From: Trichoplax adhaerens
Lineage: Eukaryota > Animalia > Placozoa
Assembly: GCF_000150275.1 (NCBI RefSeq)
Contig: NW_002060947.1
Span: forward strand, 10,494-74,493
DNA: 64,000 nt
Reading direction: 5' to 3'
Shown: positions 26,250 to 39,470 of the stretch, in pieces
Numbering within the stretch: the stretch's first letter is position 1
Layout: the number at the start of each line of letters is the position of its first letter
Program-made: the position numbers and the translations under genes
Notes under the pieces: model-generated
What the model was told of the DNA's origin: nothing
Databases searched by the model: none
What the model saw: the letters and a program-made list of their open reading frames with translations, nothing else

Positions 26250-29200
26250 CTATTTTGTAGTTATTATGAATTCTATTCCAATGGATAAGGTTCGGTTTTT
26301 GATTACTAAAACGGAAAGTGATATCTGCTTCTGATTCTTTTGACTATCGTAGTCGGTAGCCAATTAGTTCGCAGGATTTCCTAATCCATAATTGTCTGCA
26401 AATTCAGTATCGTCTGTGATTAGGCATTATAATAATATCATTAACAATTCATTATCTTGTTGACTAACTTTATTGAAATGCATGTTTCTTTTGCAGTCGT
26501 CTCTGAATTGAAGTGCAACAGTTTTCTAAATTATGTATTATTGTAAAAAGAGTCGCTTAATTACTTATACTGTGTAAATATTTTCATCGATGTCACATAA
26601 ATCGTGATAAGTCAAGCTCTTTACATTAATCAACATGATAAAAAAATCTTTGATTGTAATGAAGGTACTGTTAATCTATTACTTGCTAAAATTATCTTAA
26701 TGGGAAATAAAAACATCGAAAATCATGTTGTATATTAAGGCCAATTCTTAAACAATTTTAGACTTGGCGATGATTACAAGGTAGGGCACACGCAGTTGAA
26801 ACACGTGGAAATGCTATAACAAGAAACAGTTCATAACCTGAGTAAAAATGTGCATTTGATGAAATTTGTGCGTTATAAGTTTTAGACGCGTAAGGATGCA
26901 CCTAAGTAATGTATCAGAAGAAGGTATTTGTAGCGGTTTTACTATTTCTGGGAATATCGTTAAGTTTTAGCATCTACGTATGGCTATATTTACTGAAAAA
27001 TTTTTAGCAATTTGTGGATCATTATCACAATGTGTAACATTCATCATTATTAAGAGCTAAGGAAGCAAACTCCCCTGTACATACAATACAATTTAACGAG
27101 AATCTAACAAGAAAAACTATAATTAATGCTTATTCGTTGATGTCGTAATACTGCTGAGAATGTAGGATTACTGCAAGTTGCTCATGTAACTTTCTACAGT
27201 GAAATATTATAGTACAGTACACCCAAAAATTATGCTAGCTAAAACCTAACTTTATTTCAATATTCCTATCCAATTTGTGATGATATCTTTATATCGATTT
27301 AATCCTTACGATTTAGAGACAATTTCTCCTTTTGGTCCATCATTTGACATACTATTGGATTATTAAATAAAATTATCATTTTCCGTTGTAAATCTTGCAT
27401 TCTCAGTTTTGAGGTGATAAGGAAGTCCCACTTATGAGTATATACTGTACTCGTATACATGCTACGACAGCAAGGATATTGCATCCTTTCCATATCCAAT
27501 GTCAAGTCTTTATTGTGATATTACTACAACACAAATAATCCTTAAATTAGTTTGACTAATTTTATCTTATGATGATATGAAATTCCGCACTATCGTAGTA
27601 AGTATTACAGCTATTTCTAATAGTGAAATACCAGATTATCATACGGTATAACACCAACGACTGTAAGCGATAATTTTGCACATTGTAAATCTTATAAATT
27701 AGTTATATTATATTTTCTGGAATCACATCACTGTTGTGTATTTTCGTGTACTAACATTAACTAAGTCTAAGATTCAGATATATGACAATCACAACCTAAT
27801 TTACAATATTCTACAGCAGCTTATAAAACTATTGATCACTTTGTACTTAAGAACCAGTTAATAAAATGACAAAATTATAGCATAACAGTACCTTACTTAC
27901 GCGTAAAATCTTGAAAAGGTATACTGTATTGAAGAATATCGTGGCATTAATTTCATAAATCATTAATATTTCCTTATATCTCTCTTGATTATTTCAATAG
28001 ATATTCCATTATACAAATTATCCGTGGTACTGAAATACCGGATTTGATCAAGTTCATTCTCAATTACTTTAATACGTCTTGTAAATCTACAGCACAGTGT
28101 AACAAATTTAATATCTGGTGGATTTTAAGAAAAAGTGATAGACAGTGACTGATTTTAAGAAATATGAGTACGTATACAATATCCTGTATACTATTTATTA
28201 TGTCATATAGTCTATTTCTTACTTGTCTTAAGGCATAAAATCAAACTTTCTTTTTAATATCACTCATTATCGTCAATAGAAAATCTAACCATATTGTTCT
28301 CATCTTATTCAACTTGCGTATGTTCGTATTCATAATTCAGCTTAAAATGTATACCGTTCACTTCTGAAATAAATAGAAAAATCGCTCACTATCAACGTGA
28401 TATTGGCTTATGATTATACCTGTTAAAATACCGCCCGTATACAAAGTACAATATTAAGGCAGAATTGGGCGTACTATGAACCATTGGTTGAAAAAGATGT
28501 TGTGCGATTCTTTGAGATTGTGGATACTTGCAATCTCTTCCATTTTTGATGATCAAAGAAACATTTACTTATGAAATAAAATATAATAAGTAATAAACGA
28601 AATTAATTTATTTCAGCAATATTTAAAGCGTTTGAACTACTGTATGTGTTTTCGAGAATATCATGTACGAACAAAACAAATTTATGTAGTCTTCCTTTGA
28701 AAAATGAAGTCAATCAACTTAAACAAATTGGGTTCATCGACATCTCACGGGCACATTCAAGCCACAAATTGAAGCTGTTTCGTAAATTAATGTAATTCTC
28801 ATATTTTCTAATTATAAACAACTGCTTGTTTAATTAAGCTAATAATGATATTATCCACAGTCAGTAACTATCATAACATCAAATCAAAATATACTCGTTA
28901 AAGGAATTAGCTATAACACCATTGAATTTATTGTCAATGATCGAGTTAGTAACGTAACTAAAAGTTTGCAAATTGCGGCTTTACGTACATCTTGTACCGC
29001 ATTAGTGAAAAGGCAAAATTAGATATTATATAGCTGTAACGCGAGTTCATTATAGTTATTATCGAAGATTTTAAACTACCATACGTGCGATCAACCCTAA
29101 TTTTGTATACGAGTGCATAAAATTGACTTTTATAGATCGATCGAGGAGATTCGATAGCATATCTACTCTAGGTGATGATATTCCGTAGATTTGTTTTTAT

Positions 29201-29833
29201 CTATATTGCTTTACACACTAGAGTCACCATATTATTATTTATTTATACACTTCGCCTATTTTAATGTAGTGTATGCGCGTATACGTACACGCATACACTA
29301 CAGCTTTAGGAAATATTACTTAATTAACGGATCATCGCTAACATTGATTTCTAAAGCAGAGCTCAACGTTAATAATAGCCTAGACAGCAAATAACCATAT
29401 CCAAGAAATAGTCACGCTACCGTCTTTTTCGATTAATGGCTATACTGTACTTTACGCGCACATCTTGCTTTTGTACGCAGCCGACGGACCGCCATTAAGT
29501 AATATTATTATTTTATATTGACAAAGTAGAATACTGTACAAAGTACGTCAAAGTAAAATTGATCCTAATTATTCTGCAGATAATTACAGTGCAGTCACAG
29601 CATTTGAGGTAAAAATCAATCAATAAAGATAATGCGATCGATGGCGTTCCATGGACCAAATTTTCGCATTGATCATTAATTACGACATGGGAAACTAATG
29701 AAGAGTAATGACGATGACGATGATATCCACTCCAATATTCTATTTCACGTAGACAATGATACGATTGCTTAGACGATTTTACTCGTAATATGTTAAGTGG
29801 TACTAAGTCGCGTGAAGCAAGGATGTTTTTCAT
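26250..29833 (-). pseudogene. Decayed multi-exon protein-coding gene of unknown family
   Basis: Exon-like blocks with GT/AG flanks (e.g. 29588-29833, 28420-28550, 27901-28086, 27310-27525, 26790-27056, 26270-26525) keep long reading frames broken by isolated stops and frameshifts. Confidence 0.45.
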
Positions 29834-30767
29834 TGACCCTTCTTATAATTAGTAATAAAACTAATCGCAGTGATTATTTTGCCGGCTTCTCTCAAAACAC
29901 GAAATCTTCGTAATGCTGGAATACGGTCAAATTGATTTCGTATTTTAGTGTTGAGTGTTGAATTTGAAATTTTATCACAGCATGAGCTACTGATAACGAA
30001 CAATGCATTAAACGGCCATTTTGTTTCCACTTACAGAACAGTACTGTGCTTAGACTACAGTAGACGTATAGTACACAGGTACTCTTATACTCAACAGAAC
30101 TGTATTCAAACGGCACTAAAATAAAAATGAAAATTGTTTACAGTAATTATTTTTTTAGTCTACGGGCTACGGCTTATTTCACTTTTAATTTAAAGTAAGC
30201 GATGCCTGCCCTGGCTAACTACACCGCACGTATTTGAATATAATCTTTCCAGTGAGTGACTAGCCTACCTCTAACATAAAGGAAGGCTCCCGAATTCACT
30301 TTAATACTTCCTTTCTGTGTTTTACTTGCAATTTAATTACGGTAGATTATCGTACTGGAAAGGAAATTAGCGGCCATTGAATAGACTTAACCGTTGAATT
30401 TTTTAAATCAGATTATAATATCTCGTATGTTTAATGCCATCGGTATTCATATAAACGGCACTCGCTTATAATAATATTGCATTGACTGTATTAATTTTCT
30501 AGTTTCAATTTCGCCAGAATATTATTAGCCGTTTTGGATGTTATTATCTATCGAAGGGCAACCTGCCGCAACAAACTTTCTTCTACTCATACGATCAGGT
30601 TAATAGTGACGCAAAACAAAACTGTCGTCCCAAATGTCTGGATTTAAATTAGTTTTATTAATCATAGTTATTAGAAGTACAAGTAGATGATCTCACACAT
30701 CTCACTGTGCGTTGCTGTTAGTAGCTATAGGCTGACAAATAATATAAAATAAACGATAGCCACAACT

Positions 30768-32097
<1,330 letters not shown>

Positions 32098-34384
32098 TTA
32101 AGCAATGCGAAAATGCAACAAAAGCCAAAAGGAAAAAACGGATTAACTTCAACAGTCAAAATAAATAATTATATACAGTACTACCAGCAGATAATTCTTG
32201 ACTTTTTCGATGGACAATGCACGAAAGCGGATTGGCCAATAACAACAGTGTTGTAAGCCGGTAAGACACTTGGCCGTAGGGCAATAATAATAATAATAAT
32301 ACGCGATAGTGTTGATACGTTGCTTTCAATACTTGGACGATTAGACCATACAATAATCTTCTTTTGATTCAAGTGTGTTGTAGGATTGTATCAGGGTAAG
32401 GACATCGTCTACTACTATCGAAAATTATTGTTTTCCACAGCATAAATAATGTTTGACTATTTGTACATGTTAGTTTCTATTTGACTGATTACTACTGAGA
32501 ATGATCGACTTCCAGTTAATCTATCCATATCATAATAAACAAAGGAAATAATGATATCATTGTCCGTATTTTCAAGGGAGCTATTGAAGGATGTTATCCA
32601 ATTGTAGATTGTCTATTCAGCTTTTTTAGGGCAGTATTGTCTTTTTGGTCGGTATTGTTTCAATATTGGCGAATTGTCTCCAACCTATTATCTTAACTTA
32701 ATTTGATCGTAATGAAGTGATTTGAGTGATTTTATTGCCTGCGGCTGTATAACGTTAGCCTGAGTCTACAATGCCATAGTAAATGGCATTACCCGCGTTA
32801 CTTGATCTGTTATAGTTGTGAGAACATGTCGAAAACCATCCTTGATCTACAGAACGAATGCTTGATGCCATCGAAAGTGAATATGCTCGTTAGATGAACA
32901 AGTCTGTATAATTAGGCTCTTGCGAATAGAGCAATAGGATCAACAGTAATATCCGACTCCTACTGTTTAGAGCCATGGGATCAACAGTAGTATCCAATTC
33001 CTACACTTTTATAGATGGACTTGCAGTTAAGATTGCAGCAAAACAGTGGGTAATGTGCCATTCGATACAGCTGTTACTGTTGCTGATATCTTTTCTGTGG
33101 CAACAGTAGGTAGAAAAGTGACTACTGTACTTGACTTTGGATAACCAATTATTCATTGACTTTCCGTTACAAATTATGTTATAATTAATTGAATGAATGC
33201 GAAGCAGTACCTCTGATATCCCTATGCGTATTTATGTATTAAAAATCGCGTAGCGTCAATTTATGCTCTCATAGTATGAACGGTGCCAAAATACCATAAA
33301 AGCCTATTAAAATTGCAGGAGTCAAAATATGACTCTGATAGGTTTATCAAATGGTAATATTATCTGTTAAATGAGCACATTATCGTAAACCGTCAGCAAA
33401 GCGACGGGAGTTTGCACTAGTTATACCGAAAGTAGTCAAATCATACTCAGAATTGAACACACTGCGCATCGCCAACGGCTCAAGTCTACCACAAAATGAT
33501 CTTATAAGGCACGCGTGCATATACATATTTCAATATAAACTTATCATTGAGAACTTTTTCCTGGGAACATGAAACTTTAGTTAGAATACGAGACTTATTT
33601 TATCAACTCTAGGCAGGATATATGATATATGCACAATTAAAAAAAATTTTACTTGGGATAGATGTATGTATTACCGGCAATGTATATATGCATACACGTA
33701 CATCTCAACTGATATACCTATGACGGCTAATGAATCGATAATTAATGATACATATCATCGACTTTCCTTCATGAAATGCTCGACTTTTTAATCAAGTGTA
33801 TATCATTGCAATAATACAATACATAAAAACAAAGCGGTAGCTGTGGATAGTTCGATTCAGCAAACGGTTTGCTCTGTTATTAGCTCTATTCACTCTGGCC
33901 TCTTTTCGAATATGCTATCGATAGACACGTATTATTACTTATTAGTGAACATACCAACAGTACATGTAGACTTCAGCCTTTATTGAAGGATAGCAGACTA
34001 AATGAAAAATAGCCAAGGTTAAGAATGGACTTGCAGGAGAGAAATTCCCCTATAGAAGCCCTAAATTGACCCCAGATGACTTAATTTTTTATACTGTACG
34101 AAATAGTTAGAGACGGAGACTGCCAAATGCAACTATGCACCAGCTATGCGGTAGTCAGCGCTATGGTATTATTAATTAAATGTGATTATAATTGGTACAA
34201 ATAACGCACAAGCTATATAGAGCTAAAAATTTATTATATAAATTAACAAATGATTCTACTAGTATAAGATTACGAGCACAATATAGAGGATACGATATCA
34301 TCTAAGGTCAGTTCTAATGAAGCGTTGAGCTAACATTATCCCGTTCCTATCAAAAATATGCAGGTATTTACATTTTTACACATG

Positions 34385-34970
34385 ATGAACTGCAATCAGC
34401 CGGTTGCAGTTCATCTCATCGATTTGCGTTATTGCTGATGGATCCCTAGAAATTTCGATCGATTCTTGGTTTACTGTTTATCGTACTATAAACCCAAATT
34501 TGATGGATTTGATTACTTTAGATATCCTGTGATGAAAAATTAAATATTTTCCTGAAATGATTTTGATGTTTAACTTTATATGCTTATATGGGTTATGCTC
34601 TGCTCTGGGAAGCGAAAATTTCCCTAACAATAACTACGAATACTAAAGTCAATGAATGACATTGACTATCTGATGGTTTATCATCAGATGATGATAAAGT
34701 AAAAGATGCCAATGAAAATCAATTTGAAGCAATACTACTTGTTATATTAGCATCAGAGTAGCCAATCTTTAATAGTGAGATCTACAGTAGACTCTACATG
34801 TTAAGAATATTTGCCTAGATCTTTATGCAGAGTAAGATACAGTGCAATAAACAGCATGGAGTAACGCTTCTTATGGGATACAGTTTAGAATTATAGCAAC
34901 TGTATTTGATTATTTCATCTGCTACAGCGCTTTTGCACCATGTTTTGAATTACTACGTTGTGAAAAAGTA
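34385..34970 (+). pseudogene. GPN2 pseudogene: start of exon 2 joined to end of exon 4, relic AT-AC intron, last exon with stops, and 3' flank
   Basis: caatcagccggttgcagttcatctc matches ~25036-25060; gatttgattactttagATATCCTGT matches ~25770-25795; tttccctaacaataacTAC|gaatactaaagtc matches 25879-25911. Similarity continues to ~26250. Confidence 0.85.
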
Positions 34971-35314
34971 TTTATATGTCTACGCGTATGCAATACGTGC
35001 ATCTCTATTTTAGTTGCGTTTAAGAATTCCTATTTAATGGACAAGAAATAGCTTGTGATTGCTAGAATGGAGAAGTGACTTCTGCTCATAGTGATTATTC
35101 TTAATGATCATTATCGTGCCTATTTCCTACACAGGATTTTGTAGTTTGTAATTGTCTATAATGAACTATCGTTTTATAATAAGACAGAAAGACTGTGGTA
35201 TTATTATTAAAGATAGGGCATCTCGTTATCTAACTTGATTGAAAGCTAAAGAGCATATTCCCTATGCATTCGTCTGCAGTTGCTCAATTCTTTTAATTTG
35301 TGCATAATTTCAAA

Positions 35315-35645
35315 ATGAGTAGGTTAATCTTTTATGTTGTATTAACAGTTTATTCAGCAGCCATTTGCTACTTCATTTTACCGGTTTGTGAAGGATATAT
35401 GGATCCAAATTGCTTAAAAATCGGTAAATTTTGCAATATTTTTAAATTCATGATTGAGCTTACTTGGTTTAAATTATTTCATAAAAATGACACCATCTCT
35501 TATATAAATGTAGCAATGATATAAAACATTCAAATCATAATTCCTTATGTTGACATTAAAAAGTCTTTTAGACTTGGTGAGGACTGCGGAGTACTTGCAG
35601 CTGAAGCTTTTAACATCGATGTCAGTAATGAATGACGGATCATAG
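35315..35645 (+). CDS. Candidate small secreted protein (~60 aa; exons 35315-35423, 35572-35645)
   Basis: AAAATG start context; signal-like MSRLIFYVVLTVYSAAICYFILPVCEG; GT-AG intron; AATAAA at ~35733. The frame of exon 2 is uncertain. Confidence 0.4.
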
Positions 35646-36352
35646 ATCGCTTCTTTGCACTTTTTGAAATGCTATAACGACATAAATTCAAAGACATATT
35701 GAGCATAAGTATGTATAAGATGAAATTTTGATCAATAAAAGCATCAATACATAAAGATATAATTCCGATATATCTCAAAAATGCCGTGTATAAGGGAATT
35801 GTTCATAGCTATTTTTATTATTCCTAATTTACAACTAAATATCCATACCTGTAGAACTGCAGTTGTTTATATTTACTATTGCAACTTACACTTATATTAG
35901 ATAATGCAATATTTAATGAATGATTGTCATGGCTTAAAATACGTATACTATCTGATTAGTACATCACATTCACTAACACAAAATCGTGAATGGGTATGCT
36001 GACCTAGAGACAGCTATAGATGAATTTCTATTATGACTTGAAGTTGGAGTTTTCAGTTCGTTGGCAGAACTTGAATAATCTAATGGAGGAATATTGAATA
36101 GTTTTGAGAATTAAATGATAAATGAACATAATCTAATACAAGCCAGTTTGTGATAGATTTTCATGAAGGTATCTTTGTAAAAGTAACGTTACAGCAAGGG
36201 GTTACAATAATTCTGATGTTCTCTATTAAAATCTTTTTGCAATTATTTCTTATACTCGTATACAGGTACACAGGCAGTAGACCCAACTATTTCAATAATG
36301 GGTAGTCAAATACAGTTTTATTTCATTACGTATATCTGCAGTAGCAGCAATG

Positions 36353-37361
36353 CTATCCATACAAACCTTGGTTTTGGCTAAGGCTACGAGTACTGCTGTT
36401 GATATAATGCTGACGGTAGGAAATATTATTGCAAGTTGTACATTTGACTTTCTATAATACGTAAAAGTCATAGTCTATGTAAGAGCTACGCTAGCTAATA
36501 CTTATTTATTTTTATCTCAATCGATGATCATACAGTAATATCAATTCAATCATCCTTACGATATACACGTAATTTTTTGTTTTTTCATCAGTTGTAATGC
36601 TGTTGCATATTGATAATTTGTTTGCTTTCTTCTGTTGTAATTTTTTCATTTTTTTCTTTGAGATGATACGCAAGTTTCCAGTTGCGGGTATATACATGCA
36701 ATGGCAGCAGGGGCATAACATGCTTTCCATATCAGGTGTCAAGTCTTCATTCGTTGCCATTATAACACGAATATACGTGTATATACGAGTACAGTAGTAT
36801 AAAATTGTTGCATATATCAGTACTAAAGTTAATCTAGAATCTTAGTAATATTACAGCGCCACTATAAGGTAGCCTTCAGCAATTTTCTACCAATATACTG
36901 TACAGTAGTAACGCTATAGTTTGTATAGTACCAAGGACTTTCAAAATGATTCAGCTACTGTACCATGTACATTGGCACCACATCTGCAGAAGTAGAGACT
37001 TACCTATTCCAAACTGTGAGGCAAGTTGCTTTATACGATAGCTAAAAAATTGACAATAATGACAGAATTAAAGACCATTATGATAGTATCATTATAACTT
37101 GATCATTTTTCCATTCTGACATCTATCTTCATCTACTCTACTGTACGCCTAGGCCGGCAAACACCTACTCAGTTTACGTATATTGCAACGTTTCACTGAT
37201 CAGGTGTGTGGACGGTTCCAGTTCTTTCAACGATAGCATGGCTATCATTTTACTTACATATAGAATCCCGATAATTGTGTGCTGTGTCGGAGAGAAGCAT
37301 GAGAGCAATTCCATAGAAAAGCTAATCTTTGCATACAGTCATTTCGATCGTTCCTATCCAT
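36353..37361 (-). CDS. Rpr2/RPP21/Snm1-family zinc-ribbon subunit of RNase P or RNase MRP (4 exons)
   Basis: MDRNDRNDCMQRLAFLWNCSH...SGFY|IYRIKQLASQFGI|DLTPDMESMLCPCCHCMYIP...|KVKCTTCNN: N-terminal QRLxFL helix plus two CxxC pairs. Confidence 0.8.
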
Positions 37362-37446
37362 CTTTTCGCTGTATTTCTGCAACAAATTCAGCTCCTGAAT
37401 GTGCTTTCCGCCATTTGTTCGTGTTGGTGTTCGAAAGTCCCCGCGC

Positions 37447-37540
37447 ACTGTACACTGAACAGTACTGACTGAGTACAGTACAATATACTGCAAAGTATAC
37501 TGTACTGTACACTGTACACTGTACAGGACGCTAGTGTACA
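37447..37540. promoter_or_regulatory. (GTACN)n array in a ~500 bp divergent promoter (Rpr2-family gene / PGAP2a)
   Basis: tactgtactgtacactgtacactgtacag and similar runs between opposed ATGs at 37361 (-) and 37857 (+). Confidence 0.6.
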
Positions 37541-37856
37541 CTCACTCACTCAAGAGTGTTGATCGAAAGTTCAATCTTACGAACTTTACCACAGCTCAGC
37601 CTTAGCGACATTTTCCTTCTCCTGCAGCACAAATTAGATCTTTGCCGGGATATATTCATTATTAGAACGTGGCTGAAAGCTACTTCTAACTGCACTGTCT
37701 TCAAATTTTTCCACAGTTTTCATCCATCGAATTATGGGACATGAGATAACTGCTATCTTTAAAGGTTAAGCGCCGCTTGCAATGTGATCAATGCTGCATC
37801 TACTCGTATTTTTATTGTACTACTTTAGCTAGGAGATTCAACTTGCAGTAGTGGAA

Positions 37857-39470
37857 ATGAATGATCCAATTCCATTTTATAACATTTTACTTCATTATGT
37901 GGCGTTGACCACAATGTCGTTGCCGGTTTTATCCCTGGTGGTCTGTTTAATGATGGCAATGGCCCTTAATTATGACGCTGCCGTTTCAACACATTGCAAT
38001 GTATGTATCCTGTTAGATGATGCTTATGCTCGTAAGTAATCTATTATACAGTACGTGTACGCGTAGATGATGTTGTTTAAATACAGAAATTGCTCGTAAA
38101 TTGCAAATTACTACCGTAGTTTGATAGGATAAAATACTTAAATATGGGAGTAGTCGTCCAAAGTATAATAGAACGGTTAGTAGACTGCTGATCATCCATA
38201 TCGCAGCTAGGCTAAATGTCTCCTCGATAGCAGAATAAGCATTTTCCCTTTTGCACGCAGTAGTGGTAAAGTCAAAGCACACACGTACGCAATATTATCC
38301 TCCATTTCCATCAAGATGATATTAATAGTCAGATATATCGATTTTTTTCGATTGTATTTCGTAGGTATATAATATATTACCCACCGTTAGTGCAAGTATC
38401 AACTATCCGCCGCAAAAATACATCTGGCGATTTTGTATTGGTTTACATTCTTGGCCTAGATATTTTTTTACTTTTTTATACAATTCTTATTTTACAAAAT
38501 ATCGACCCTATTTACCTAGAAATCATCCCATTTTTTACGCAATTATTGTAAAACTCACTTGGTATTGTACAATAATTGAAATCACAGCCTTAATGATATT
38601 AACATGCATTGGATCAACGGAATACTACCGTAAGTAAAACCTTTAAGTTGACATTATTTAATTGTTATGAATTTTCTAGAGTTGCTTTAATTAATTATAT
38701 TATAAATGAAACAGTTGATCTAAGTGTAGAGTGTGTGGATGCAAACTTTATAATTAGTATAATGCTCTTTCATATCCTCCATACGGATCGTATCAATCAC
38801 ATGCTTTAACATATATATAACAGCATATACTATTGCAGTAAATTTACTAAGTATATACGATTGAGCTTTGCTTGCTTTATCCGAATACTTAGCCGCCCAT
38901 ATGAATGCTACCATAGCCTTCTTGTCATGCTCATTATTGGGGATGATAATGACGTACCTGATCTTTAGATGGCCTAGGGATAGTGTTACTTTGCCAGCGA
39001 AGGTATACGCGTAATAATGACTGTTCTCGAAAGCTATTATTGTCTAATACGTTCATTTCAAGTTTGGTGATCGAAGGTATAGGAAAAGTCTTCCGACATT
39101 AATTCTTGATCGCTTTCTTTTCCTGTAGTGGTTCATATCAACAAGACGTAAGCTATATTTATTAATGAATTTTGGCTTCTTCTTCGCGTGTTCTATCTAC
39201 CTATATGAAAGGCATAACAAATATTGCGAACCTATGAGTATCCTTCATATCAAATAGAATGCACAAGAAGCTAATTTGCTAGACTGACATCAATTTTATG
39301 AAATTGTTCATGTTATAGCCTTGACAGTATCATCAGTTTATAGCTATTTCGCTTTTTGCGAATATGTATTAATCTTGACCAATATAGCGTTTCATGCTAC
39401 GATATTTATCGATTTAGAAGGTCTGTCATTAATGGTTACGAAATTACCCGGTCGTGGGGGAATTGTATGA
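37857..39470 (+). CDS. PGAP2: PGAP2/Frag1 (Frag1/DRAM/Sfk1 family) paralog a
   Basis: THCN|VYNILPTVSASI...PQKYIWRFCIGLHSWPR; RHNKYCEPM|IYSYFAFCEYVLILTNIAFH; multipass hydrophobic; about 5 coding exons. Confidence 0.9.
39238..39336 (+). other. U12-type GT-AG intron in PGAP2a
   Basis: 5' GTATCCTTC; branch CCTTGAC (39319-39325) 12 nt from the AG; no polypyrimidine tract. Confidence 0.85.

Noticed and set aside
32937-33004. Two ~27-bp direct repeats 41 bp apart
   Set aside because: Only two copies in eukaryotic DNA; an ordinary short duplication, not CRISPR.
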